Assembly (NCBI GenBank): GCA_963514005.1
Contig: OY740801.1
Coordinates: forward strand, 27,156,001 to 27,220,000
From: Raja brachyura
Lineage: Eukaryota
Direction of reading: 5' to 3'
DNA length: 64,000 nucleotides
The position numbers and the translations under genes were made by a program. Positions within the stretch are counted from its first letter, which is position 1; every line of letters begins with the position of its first letter. Below are positions 12,268 to 24,499 of the stretch, piece after piece. The notes beneath the pieces were generated by a model. That model was not told the DNA's origin, ran no database searches, and saw only the letters and a list, made by a program, of their open reading frames with translations.

Positions 12268-13561
12268 TCTATATAATTAAAAGTCTCATCTTGACCACTT
12301 CCTGTTTTCACTGCGCTTTGATTTTAGAAAAAACGCTAACAAAAATGGCTGTGATTTTTTGGCCATCTTACTCAGAGTCCTCCTCCGCTGCGCAGACCCC
12401 GAGGATTTTCCCCATCGATTAAAAATAAAAGACTTAATAGTGTTAAAAAATTTTGAAGAATCTCTCTCCTGTCAATCAAGGCCACGCCCCTTTCGGTGGG
12501 AGGGGGGGGGAGGGACTATAAAACCTGGAAGTGTGGGCGTGGCTCAGTCAGTCTGCAAGATGGCGAGGGAGATGGCATGACTCTCTGTCTGAGCTGGGAA
12601 ACTACAGAACACTGTGAGCATGCAATGTACTTGAAAAATGATTTGTTCGTCCTTAATGAAAATGAAATGAGTTGTTTGGCCTGCCCTGTGCTTGAAACTG
12701 CAGTGGCAATGGAAATGAAGTGAAAATGCAATGAGCTGTTTGGCTTGAGCCTGCCCTATGCTTGAAACTGCAATGGCAATGGAAGTGAAATGAAAATGCA
12801 ATGAGCTACTCGGCCGGCCCTGTGCTTGAAACTGCAATGCAATTGGAAATGAAATGAAATGGAGTTGTTTGGCCTGCCTGAAACCACTAATTTTGGCGCA
12901 CAAGGCCCCTATTAGCCGAGAAACCAGTTCCTTTTGCCCCAAATGCCCATATTAGCCCAGGAGGAGCATTTTAGCCCAAAAAGCCAGTGCCAGGCCTGGA
13001 AAAGTCCAGAAAAAGTACCTTTCACTCTTTCCCCCATTTTTTAAAGAGCCCCTTCGGCCCATCAAGCCTGTACTATCCCAGGAGTCACTTCGGCCCATCA
13101 GTAAGTATTCCCCCTGCAAGTATTAAACCTCGCCCCAGTATTTTTCTCCCTCCCTTCATTTGCTCCCCGTGAGATCCAGGCCAGGATAGACTTTCCTCCT
13201 TCATTGCTGTGATCTGCACAAAAATATGAAATATGTCTAAAATTGATTCTCCACCCTCTCTCTCACACAGTCTCTCACCTGCTTTGGGCAGAATTTCTGT
13301 CAGTTTCTGAGCTTCCAGCCCACCAGGCCTGAGTGACTGAGCTGCCAGCCCAATAATTCATTCAGCCCACAATGTCCATACTAGCCCTCTGGAAACCAGT
13401 CCCTTCGGCCCACAACGCCCATGATAGCGCTCCAGAAAGCCCCCCCCCCCACCCCACCCCCACTGGCCAGCAATATTGGAATTGGTGGAGAGGTGGAATA
13501 TTGCGTTGGGGGACCAGCCCTCCCGTGGAACATGGGACCCAACAGGTCCCAATTAGTCTAG
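12268..13561 (+). mobile_element. Non-autonomous Helitron, complete termini
   Basis: A|TCTATATAATTAAAAGTCTCATCTTG ... TGGGACCCAACAGGTCCCA-ATTAGTCTAG|T: 5' TC, 3' CTAG, subterminal hairpin (13533-13551), inserted between A and T. Internal tandem repeats of about 65-70 bp at 12655-12880. Confidence 0.85.
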
Positions 13562-13884
13562 TTTGTCCCTATAAATCAGCTCATCTATTTTAAGTACGTT
13601 TAGAGATAAATGTTGGCCAGCAACTCTTCTGCTCGAGCTCAGATGCATCTTCTGGAGAGGATTATTATCCCGTTCCAAAGATGCAAAAATAGTGAATTGC
13701 ATTTTACAGCATTTAAGGCTCTTGAAGACATCATTTTTATAACTCAGAAGAATACAGCTACTGAAATAACTCTGGTATAAGCTCCAGAATCTTCTCAGAA
13801 ACCTGTATATCCCAGAGGGTGAAAGCACCAATTCCCACAAAGATGACAAATATTTCTGCCGTGTGCACATTCTTTCCTTATCAC

Positions 13885-15742
13885 GAGAGCCAGGATTTTG
13901 TCATAAATGCCATGTGCCTTTTCATGCCTTTTTTCTGATGATTTCAGGAAGATAATGCCCTTTTCACGATTGAGTGCCTAAATCAACCATGTACCTTACA
14001 TGATAATTTACAGCCTTGTTTCGCCCCGGTGGTGTAAGTGGGTGTGAAGTGGTACTTGGAGAGGGGTGAGTGGGAAAGTGTCCAGTCTTTGCAGTCTGGA
14101 GTCATGCTTTAAGTAGGTGTGAAGTGGTGATTGGGGAGGAGTAGGTGAGGAAGGATCGAGTCTTTTCAAACTGGAGTCAAGCTGTGAGTACGTGTGAAGT
14201 GTTGGGTCTGAAGAATGATTTCTGCCCGAAACGTTGCCTATCTCCTTCGCTCCTTAGATGCTGCTGCAACCGCTGAGTTTCTCCAGCTTATTGTGTACCC
14301 TCGGTTTTCCAGCATCTGCAGTTCCTTCTTTAACACAAGTGTTGGTTGGGGATGGGTTGTGGGGGATATCAGGGTTAAGTTTCTATTTATCGAACCTGCA
14401 GTAGAACTCGTTCAGGTCGTTGGTCAGCTGACGATTGTCCAAGGAGCAGGGGGGGGGGGGGGTTTCCCTCTTGTAGCTTGTGATTTCTTGCAAGCCCTTC
14501 CACACTGAAGAGTCATTTGCTGAGAACTTGCTCCTCAACCTCTCAGAGTACCTTTCCTTGGCAGCTCTGATTCCTCTTCTCAGCTTATACTTGTCCTGCC
14601 TGTAGAGGTCTGCATCCCCGTTCCTGTAGGATCTACCCCTGCAATCGTCAAAATGCCTAAAGTCTAGTCAACGCCTTGTAAAAAACTGAACGATTTGGTG
14701 AGAGTGTACGGGAGTGATATATTTTCTACAGACAACTGTGTGCTGTTTTGCAAAGCATGTGAGAAAGCAGTGAATCATGAGAATAAATATTTCATCTCCC
14801 AGCATGTACAGACAGCTAAACACAAGTGGGCGGCAGAGAAACTGAAGGTAGGAAATACGCAAGCTTGTCTCCTCACAACATTTACTGCTGGCTCCAATTG
14901 CAAATCTGAGCTGGAGTGATCTGGGCAAAGCATTCATTGATGCTGGAATTCTACTGTGGAAATTGGAAAACAATTCTCTCAAAGGTTTTTTACAGAAATA
15001 CACAGAGGAACATAAGCCGAGCGAGTCATCATTACGGAAAAATTATGTTGACAGAAGCTTCAACATTGTTGTGCAGAAAATTGTGCAGATGAATCAACAA
15101 AATATGGATCTCAATAGACGAGACAACCAATGCTGTAGGGAGATATGTTGCCAATGTACACTGGAGGCAGATCAACCATCAAAGGAGTATTTCTTGACAT
15201 TGGAAGTATTGGAGAAGCACAACTATTGCTCAGTTGTTTACATCTTCACTTGCTGAACTTTGTACTTAAGTTCCTGGCGATGTAGGTAAAGGCATACAAG
15301 GAAAATGTGAGAGGGTGATTTTAGCTAACAAAGATCTTGAAGAAATACAAAACATAGCTAAAGTTCTCAAAGGTAGTTGTATTGCACAAGATATCAACAT
15401 GAATGTAAAGTTTGTACCTTGTTTCAGGAATGCACCAGTGACCTTAGCTGGGGTAGAAATAAGTTTTTCACAACTGAAACATATTCTGTCTGACAGACGG
15501 TATAGTTTAACACCAGATAATTTGATAAAATGCTAGTAGTTATGTGCAACCAGGCAACTTTGGTAATTTAATGTAGTATACCTTTATATTATCATTTTTA
15601 ACCATATTTTGGTGGTGGAAATAAATGCCTTTTTATGCCTCTCTTGTCAATAAATGCCTTTTTCGTGCCTTTTTGTGTCATTTTATTATGCCTTTTGCCT
15701 ACCTATTTCAGAGATTTTCAGCGCCTAAACATCCTGGCTCTA
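13885..15742 (+). mobile_element. hAT-superfamily transposon (CGGBP1-like transposase, defective), copy 1
   Basis: TIRs GAGAGCCAGGAT / ATCCTGGCTCTA and a degenerate 8-bp TSD (CTTATCAC / CTTCTTAC). Frameshifted ORF with LFCKACEKAV...QHVQTAKH zinc finger and a VEISFSQLKHILSDRR dimerization motif. Confidence 0.85.
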
Positions 15743-15985
15743 CTTCTTACCATTATTTTACAAGCATGCAGTCCTTGTGTCCAGATTTTATATATCTCAC
15801 CACCCACTTGTTGTTGTGACAACACTTCTTCCACTCAAAATTACCTGCAGACACATTTCAACTGTCAGATTCCCAAACTGTTTTCTAAAAATCTTCACTA
15901 TCCCGCCGGCAATCGGCATATAACATGCGCAACTAAAAGCTCATAAATAAGGATGATAAATGACAATAATTAAGTGGAATTATAA

Positions 15986-16755
15986 ACCCACTGACTCCCA
16001 TGGCTATCATGCCTACTCTTCCTCCCACCCCGCTTCGTGTAAGGACTCCATCCCCTATTCCCAATTCCTCCGTCTATGCCGCATCTGCTCCCAGGATGAG
16101 GTGTGCCACATCAGGGCATCGCAAATGTCCTAATTTTTCATGGAACGAGGGTTCCCCTCCCCTACTATTGATGAGGCTCGCACCAGGGTCTCCTCCATAT
16201 CCCGTAACACTGCTCTCTCTCCCAACCCCCCCACTCGCAACAAGGGCAGAGTCCCCCTGGTCCTCACCTTTCACCCCACTAGCCGGCACATACAACAAAT
16301 AGTCCTCCGTCGGTTTCGCCACCTCCAACATGACCCCACCACTCGCTACATCTGCCCATCTCCCCCATCTGTCTTCCGCAAAGACCTCTCCCCCTGTAAC
16401 TACCTTGTCAATTCTTCCCTTCCCTCCCGCTGCACCCCTTCCCAGGGTACTTTCCCTTGCAACTGCAAGAGGTGTAATACTTGTCGCTTTACCTCCCCCC
16501 TTGACTCCATTCAAGGACCCAAGCAGTCGTTCCAGGTGCGACAGAGGTTCACCTGCACCTCCTCCAACCTCATCTATTGCATTCGCTGCTCTAGATGTCA
16601 GCTGACAGCTATATCGGTGAGACCAAGCGTAGGCTTGGCGATCGTTTCGCCGAACACCTCCGCTCGATCCGCATTAACCAACCTGACCTCCTGGTGGCTC
16701 AGCACTTCAACTCCCCCTCCCATTCCGTATCCGACCTCTCTGTCCTGGGCCTCCA
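15986..16755 (+). mobile_element. Penelope-like retroelement fragment (RT C-terminus and GIY-YIG endonuclease)
   Basis: KPTDSHGY..., CNCKRCNTC, FTCTSSNLIYCIRCSRC and YIGETKRRLGDRFAEH, with frameshifts. Confidence 0.9.
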
Positions 16756-17572
16756 AATATTCATTCGGCCCTCAATTTGCCCTCACCTCCGTCTCCAACT
16801 GCCCAACCCCCAGTTACGCTATTGGATTCCATGTCCTCATTTTGTCAGAGTTGCTAGATTTGCCACACTACTCTTTGTTGCTAGATTGCCTCAAAAGCTT
16901 GTATTAGTCTGAGCAAGGCAACTGGCATAACCTGACTTGCTGACATCCAAGGGCCGTGGCTAGAATCCTTTGGAGATAGACAAGGGGACAAAATGGGAAA
17001 GGATGGGAGAGAAAGCAAAAGAGACAAACAGACAAAGAAACATTCTTTTCTTCAAAATTAAACCAAAATTTACTTATGTTATTTTATATATTGCTTTAGA
17101 AAATCTAAAACAATTTAATTACATAATTTGTCAACTATTACATGACGACTTCATGTTTCCATTTGGCTTCTGAGGTTGTGCAAAATTTTAAATATAAAAA
17201 CAGGGTTGTTTCCAAAAATAGTTAGGGAGAGCCTGTGGCAGTGCTATGAAAAGTCTATGGCTCTGTTCGACTTTGTAGAAGGAATTTAGAATCTACTTCT
17301 CACTGTCACTTGACTCAAAGTACAAGTGATACAGTATTTATCTATATATTTTCAAATGGGAACCTCACTTACCCTTCACAACAAAAAATTCTGCAGTTGG
17401 CATAACACAAAGCATTTTACCGATTCTGCACACCTTGAGGTTACTGAAATTAATTATAATAATTACAAATCTTTGGTATTGTGAAAAATCCCAAGAAAGT
17501 GATTTCTAGGGCTTTATGCAATGTACAAGAACATTCTGATGCACAGCAGCTTCAGTTGACTATAACCATCTA

Positions 17573-18417
17573 TCTATATACATAACTAAAACTCTCATCT
17601 TGTTTTCTTCCGTTTTGTGTTGTTTTTACATTTGTGCAAAAAAGGTACAAAATAGCGCTACAATTTTTTGCCACCTTACTCACCATTCTCCTGTGCTGCA
17701 AGTGCAACAAGTTTTGTTCCGATCAGTGGTATATTCTAAAAGTTATTAAGGTTTTTAAAAAAATTAAACCGCGCATGTGCAAATTGGTCTCCTCTCCTGC
17801 CAGTCACAGCCGGAATGGCGACGCCCCTTCCAGCACCATCGCCGCTTTGATTGGCCGCGTCCGCTGTCACTCAATATTGGCGCCCACATTTGCCCGGCGC
17901 GGCATCCGGTCAGAGGAGCGGCAACCTCAAGATCCTGGGGAGATGAGGAGGGAGAGTGGGGGAATTGAGAGAGTAGGGGAGGGGGGAAAGTAGGAAAGGT
18001 GAGGAGGGATTGAGGGAGAAGTGGGAGTATGGAGGGAGAGTGGGGGAGGAGAGGGGGGATAGAGGGAGAGGAGGGGGGTAGGGAGGGGAGAGGAGTTATG
18101 GAGGGAGGGAGACAATGACTTAGGGTAGGGGAAAGGAGAGATGAGGTAGGGATTGGGGGGGGTAGGAGGAGAGGGGAAAGAAGAGGGAGTAGGTGAGGAG
18201 AGATACTGGGGAGGAGAGGCAGAGGAGAGAGCAGGGGGGGCATTTGGAGTGGGGAATAGAGGGAGAGGAGGGACATTGGGTGGGTTAGGGGGAGATGAGG
18301 AGTGGGGGTTTGAGGGATAGGAGGGGGGTGGGGAGAGGAGTTATGGAGGGTGCTGGGGATGAGGTGAAATGAGCCTCGCCTGCGCAGTTGGGGGCTGTGG
18401 GTGAGTGGTGGAATATT
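17573..18417 (+). mobile_element. Helitron-like element, 3'-truncated
   Basis: 5' TCTATATACATAACTAAAACTCTCATCTTG is shared with the other copies. Ends at the shared subterminal GGTGGAATATT but lacks hairpin/CTAG. Purine-rich low-complexity interior. Confidence 0.7.
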
Positions 18418-18758
18418 TAAAGCTGGAGTTCAGAAAACAATTTTCCTCAAGACAATTAAGTTAGTTCTCACACCCGAAGTGTGTGGGGATACGGAATGAA
18501 TATTATTCCTAAAATATATATTGTTTTAAGGATAAAGATAAACCACTTTCTTCTCATCAAGTTGCTTTTGTAGTTATTCTACATTTGCTTGAATAATGCT
18601 TGTATTTCTCCCTCACATCCCATTATACACATACAAACCTGCAAGATCAACAAAATAGGTGTTCTGGAATGTGGTTAAAACTTTCTCATTAAATTAATTT
18701 TATAAGCAAATCTGGCACTGATTAAATCAAAGGCAAACCTCAAAGGCAACCTCAAATT

Positions 18759-19055
18759 GCAACCTTGTCGTGGTTGGGGAGCTTGTGTGTCTCAGTGACC
18801 CTAGAGCTATGCCAACAGGAGATTCGTCTCCTGTTAGGGTCTCCCATGCTGGACAGGTCGAAGGGTAGAGGCGAGATGAAGAGCGATCCACTGGTCCTCC
18901 AGGTTGGAGGTTGAGCACAGGGCTAACCACCCTGTCTCGTAAAACAAATATGGTACGGAAACAAATACTGAAGGAATCAACATTACTGAGTGGAGGACCT
19001 TTGTTGCTGCCCTACATGCCAGGAGGCATAATAGGCAGAATGATGAATGATGATG
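18759..19055 (+). mobile_element. Short RTE-clade non-autonomous element (5' end fused to 3' end)
   Basis: RTE-type 5' sequences ACCTTGTCGTGG...GAGCTATGCC and GGTCCTCCAGGTTGGAGGTTGAGCACAGGGCTAAC. The 3' end encodes EWRTFVAALHA followed by (TGA)n. Flanks are near-duplicates (AAACCTCAA.GGC..CCTCAAATT). Confidence 0.6.
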
Positions 19056-22000
19056 AAACCTCAAGGCCTCAAATTAAAAAAAGTAAGCTTTCATATATCG
19101 TGAACATTTACCTCCCCAAACTCCACCACTGTGGGCACATCTCCAATTCCAATGGTTTTGAGTTAGAGATAGCTATTGTCGATCATGTCAATAGCACATC
19201 TGTGCAATGCTGTCCATATTTTAGGCAATTTTAAGCAGGAAAAACATTTACAGTTCTTTCACAAAATTGAATAACTACAAGCTTATCATGTGCTTTAAAA
19301 CTTGGCACAATGTAAATCTGTCCATGTTCGTATTCGAGGTCTGTGTCAAGTTATTTAACTGGAACCATCTTCCAATTTGGAGTTAAAAGGAAACAAATTC
19401 CCAGGCTTGACATTTTGCCTATAATACGTATTTTAAGAACAAACTCTTAAGCTTCTCATTCTTATGTCATTGAAAGCCTGGATCAAAACTGGCTTTCAGT
19501 AGCTATGAACACAATTCTAGGTTCACATGGCAAAATATATCACAGCATCAGCAAATAGCTGATCAAAGTAATCGTATTTCATCTCACACAACCCAACCCA
19601 ACATCCCATCGTCCCACCCCCCCCACCCATATATTTCTCCCGACGGTACTGATGTTACTTACACAGTTCACTTTCAGATATGCCAGCAGTCCTCTGAAGC
19701 TCAGTCAAATGCCCATTTATCATCTGTGACAGTGGTCAATGAAAATAGATAGACTTCATTTCATTGCTGAATGAGAGTGTGAACTATTGAAAGATTACCT
19801 ATAAAATGCATTAAAGTACACATTGAGGCAGGTATCAAAAACACAATGGCAATAATCCTGAGATCATTGGCACCAATTCCAGTATTCTTCCTCAATGTAA
19901 CGTCAAGTAACAGATGACCTGATCCCAGCTTGTGTTGGTGAACACAGGGACCTTCATGGATTCAAAAGGACTGATATTTGCATCAACATAACTGTACTTA
20001 GCAATTCATTTTAAAAGTGTATTGATTCCCAAGAGAAGTAACAAAAACACCCCAAAAAAAACAAAAATCACCCGGAGAAAACCCACACGGTCACAGGGAG
20101 AACATACAAACTCCGTACAGACAGGACCCATAGCTAGGATCGAACCTCGGTCTCGGGCGCTGTGAGGCAGCAGTTTTACAAAATGAAAAAATGAACAGGT
20201 TATGGTTAAACTCATTGTTTCTTGATTGCACTCCTGATAAGAGATGTGCTCATCAATAAAATTAAAATGGACTCAAATGTAACCCAAACACTTTATGTTA
20301 ATCTCACCTAAGAAAAATACACTCTAAAGGGCATAGCCATGATACTTCTGTTTGGTTCCATTTTATATTTAACATTAGTGGGGGGTTTTTTCACTCATTT
20401 TCTTGGAAATTGCTGGGACTTTGGGAAGATATTATATGAAATGTCCTTTGCACTGTTGCCTTATGCAATGCTGTTGAGCGATAGAGATTTCTTATAATTA
20501 GGAATTAATTTTCAATGCTTTGTTGCTGGTGTAAATGTTTACAAATGGAGATTAACAATAATCCACTTTTGTCTTAAGTGAGCTGTCAGACTATGTTCTC
20601 GTTTTACAGGAAGAGCTAAACAACTGATCGAATTCAGTAATAATAAGGTGGGATTAAAAAGAACAAATTAGGCATCTTGAAAATGCTTCATATAATCGTT
20701 ATAAAATCAGTAGGACTCCAATTCCATATTATTCAATTCCACTTAGTTTCTTTCACAGCACTGACTGAAAATGGAACAATCCACATTGGCTTACAAGACC
20801 TGATCACGAGCTGTCACGTCGCATAGTCATTAGCATGATTTAAATAGGACACAATGATAATCTTGAACAGCGGATCAAATTATCTCTTTGGCCTTTACTG
20901 GTAAAACGACCGTTAAATTCCTCACGATCAACATTAGGGATGCCAGGAAGCTTAAAAGAACCAGTTTGAATTTGTCTAAACTGTATAGAGACAGGCTGCT
21001 TCAGAATAAATGACTTATCTTCTGTCCCTCTAAGCCTAATCAAAACCAACAGAACATGAATGGATATTAGCCTTTTGCAGATAAGCACAGCTGTAGGAGA
21101 ATTGAAGACACAAAATAATTTTAATAATTCAAGACAAAGCAATTTGCTGGACAGATAATGGACAAAATCTGTTCCTTTATCAAGACTGCACTAGGTTCCA
21201 TTGTTAAAAGATAAAAGATCCAATGCACAAACTCAAAGTTATTTAATCAGTTATAAATAAGAGCCTCTTGGGGAAAAAAACATAACAATTATCTAGTAAA
21301 AGGCAGTAGCCCTATGTTTTCCTCCATTTCAAACGAAGTTCTAACTCGATATTAAACTCAAACTAAATGCTGGAATCCCCAACCTTTTTATGAGGGAGAC
21401 ACCGTAGCCATGATAACTTTGGTGGTAAAACTAGAGGGCTGATCAACAATTTATCAAGGCATGTAGTCAAAGACAATACATCTCATCATCCCAATGCTAT
21501 CTATATTCCAAGAAAATATAAAAATAAATCCACAGCAACTACTATTTACAGCATACCGGTTGCATGAAAGAACACAAGAAACAGGAAACAGGAAGCTATT
21601 CAATGAAATCAATGATAAAAGCGCAATTCAATCAGTCTGAAGAAGAGTTCTGATCCAAAACACCACCTATCCTTTTCCTGAGACGTTGCCGAGTTACTCC
21701 AGTACTTAGTGTCATTTGTAAACCAGCATTTGCAGTTCAATGTTTCTACATTTCACATTCCTGCCAATGCCCTATACTCCTTACAAACTGTCCAATTCCA
21801 ACAAACCAAAAATCTGTCTGTCCTAGCCTTGGAGTATATTCAACCATGCATTGACACTTGCATTAAAACAAAATTTGTGTATCTGCATAATGAACTAACG
21901 CACTCTATATTAAAAATAATAAAACATAATCTTGAGCAGCACTCAAGTAATTATATTTTATGATCTTCACAATGGCAAACTGATTTTAAGTTTGCAATAC

Positions 22001-22889
22001 GTTCAAAATTCACGAACAATAATTTGTGAATTATTAATAGAATTATTTTTATTCACAATAAGACCAGAGTAACCACTTTCCATTTTTGTGAAGGCACAAT
22101 GCACCTCAAGCCTCAAGTATGCTATAAACAGTAACAGGAATCCAAATCTGAAGCAACCCATTCCTTCTTCTCTGTCAAGCACTTCTTACATTACCTGTTA
22201 CCTCTGCAAAGGATTTTCAGCCATATCAGAATGCAGAACTGGAATGGAAGCAAATCATCTTTGAAATGTATTCCCACAATTCTTTTAAGTATTTGCATAC
22301 ATTTAGACCTTGTAACATTCAATGGTTTACTTATATTTTATTATCACATGCAACTAGGTACAGTAACATTTATTTTTCGTGTGCAGTTCAACAAAAATCT
22401 TGCTGCACATAGGCAAAATCCTACTTAAGTACAAGTATACGAGCGATAGATAACACTAAGCACACAAGAGTCGCCACGGTCCAGTGCCATTTTGTATTAT
22501 TCTAGACAAAGCTGTTAAAAATGTAGAGTCTTCACTTGGCCAAAAAGGCCCATTGGCCATTGAATCTCAGGCTGCTACAGGGCCTCCAGCGGTGTATCCC
22601 GCCAACGCCTCAATCCAGACATATCAATTGCCAAATGTGGCATCCCTCACCTCACACGGCCACTGCTCCAACACAGTGCACCGGGGCCTCCCGCAGCAGA
22701 CCTCAGAGCATCCACAACACCTTTAGGGACGTAAGAAGTAACACCCCAGCCCCCTTGTTGTTTTCCTGTATCCGCCACCGTTGGCACCTTGCAGTTCCCG
22801 TGCACCATTAGCAAACATGGAAGGAATAGCTCCAGGTGGCAGTGGCTCTGGCGCCTGGCATTGCAGCACACACTGCGCCACGCACTCAA

Positions 22890-23275
22890 GGATAAAATAC
22901 ATTTATTGTCACATACACCATTTCTGGTGTAGTGAAATTTGAGTTGCCATTTGCAGCTCACCAATCAAAGCAAGACATCACATTAAAGAAGAATTTAACA
23001 TAAAACATCCCCCCACAATGGTTCCCTCTGTGAGGGAAGGCAACAAAGTCCAGTCCACTCCTCTTGTTTACCCTGTAGTCGGGGCCTATTTGAGGCCTCC
23101 GCAGTCGCCGCAACGGCTGCCCGATGTTTCAGGACGCCTCGCCGGATGATGGAGCTCCGGTATCGGGAGAACACTTCCCAGCGGCTTGGAGTGTCTGGAA
23201 CGGCCGCTTGCTGCCAGAGACCGTGGCTCCCGAAGTCCACGCTGGTCGGAGTTCCGACACTGGCGATCTCACCGC
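22890..23275 (-). mobile_element. GC-rich non-autonomous retroelement fragment
   Basis: Reverse complement has GACTTTGTTGCCTTCCCTCACAG...TGTGGGGGATGTT followed by GAAATTTC...stem-loop...TGACAATAAA, parallel to the 3' part of 55674-56724. Confidence 0.55.
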
Positions 23276-24499
23276 CCAATGTTACAGAACCACAAACTCT
23301 GACAAACTCAGATTAATCTCAGAGGAGTCTGGGCGAGTAACTGCAATGCATTTTCCAGATGGTATACAAAGCTGCCACATTGTGCCTGCAGTGGAAGGAT
23401 TGATGATTTAAGGCAGTGGACAACATTTTAATCAAGCAGTCGGTTTTGTTCTTGAGTGTAGTTGGAGTGTCAAGTGTTGTTGGAGTTTAATTTATCCTGG
23501 CAAACGGATACTATTCCTACATACTTCTGACTTGGACATGCTGACAACAGTTTTGGAGGTTTAGGAGGCAATTTAGCTGCACGAAACCCAGCTTTTAACC
23601 AGTCTTGTAGACTCAATATTTGTGGCTGGTCCGCTTGAGTTTCTGCTCAATGGTGACTGCGTCTCCCAGGTTGTTGAAGACATGTAGGGACAGGCGTTTT
23701 ATTTCCTACGATTGCAAGGGATAGTACCTGGGAAGGGAGCAGGTTGGGTAGGAGGAGGTAAACAAACCAAGGAGCTGCAGAGGAAATGGTCTCCATGGAA
23801 AGCGAAAGTTGGTGGGGACGAGAAAATGTGACTAGTGGTGGGATCACATTGAAAGTGGTGGAAATGTAGGCGAATCAGAGGCTGGTAGGGATTAGGAAAA
23901 CTCTATTTTTGTTCCATCTGTGGGGATGGGGGAACACAAGTAGATCTGTGACACAGAGGAGACACATGGGAGGGTTGCAATCACAACAGCAGGGGGGAAA
24001 CCATGTATGCTAATGAGTAGAAAACTTCATATTGGGAGCAGAGGAGAAATTGAGAGTTAGGGGTGCCACACTTGCAAGAGGCAGGGTGGGTGGAGGTGGA
24101 GTCAAATCTGAATGAAGGGTCCCTACCCAGACGTCATCTGTCCATAGCCTCCACAAATACTGCCTGACCTGCTGACTACTTCCAGCACATTGTGCTTGCT
24201 CAAGTAGGTTATGTTTGCTCCCTAATTGGTCACACAGACCCATCTGAAAACTTTGGCCACCAAGACTCAGCCAGTTTGATAATGGCAATGGACACTGAAA
24301 CCCCCCATTCAAACGTTTCTGTGCCCTTGCTAGTTTTAACATTTTGATCAAGCACTGTTCAGGAAAGAGAAATCCGTAATTATTACATCAATGTGGGAAT
24401 TGGGAGGTGATTTTGATGCCCTTTTTTGAACAGATGCTATCATCAGCACATTTCCCGCTGCACCAGAGAACCAAATGCTCTTGGCCACTGCTACTCTAT

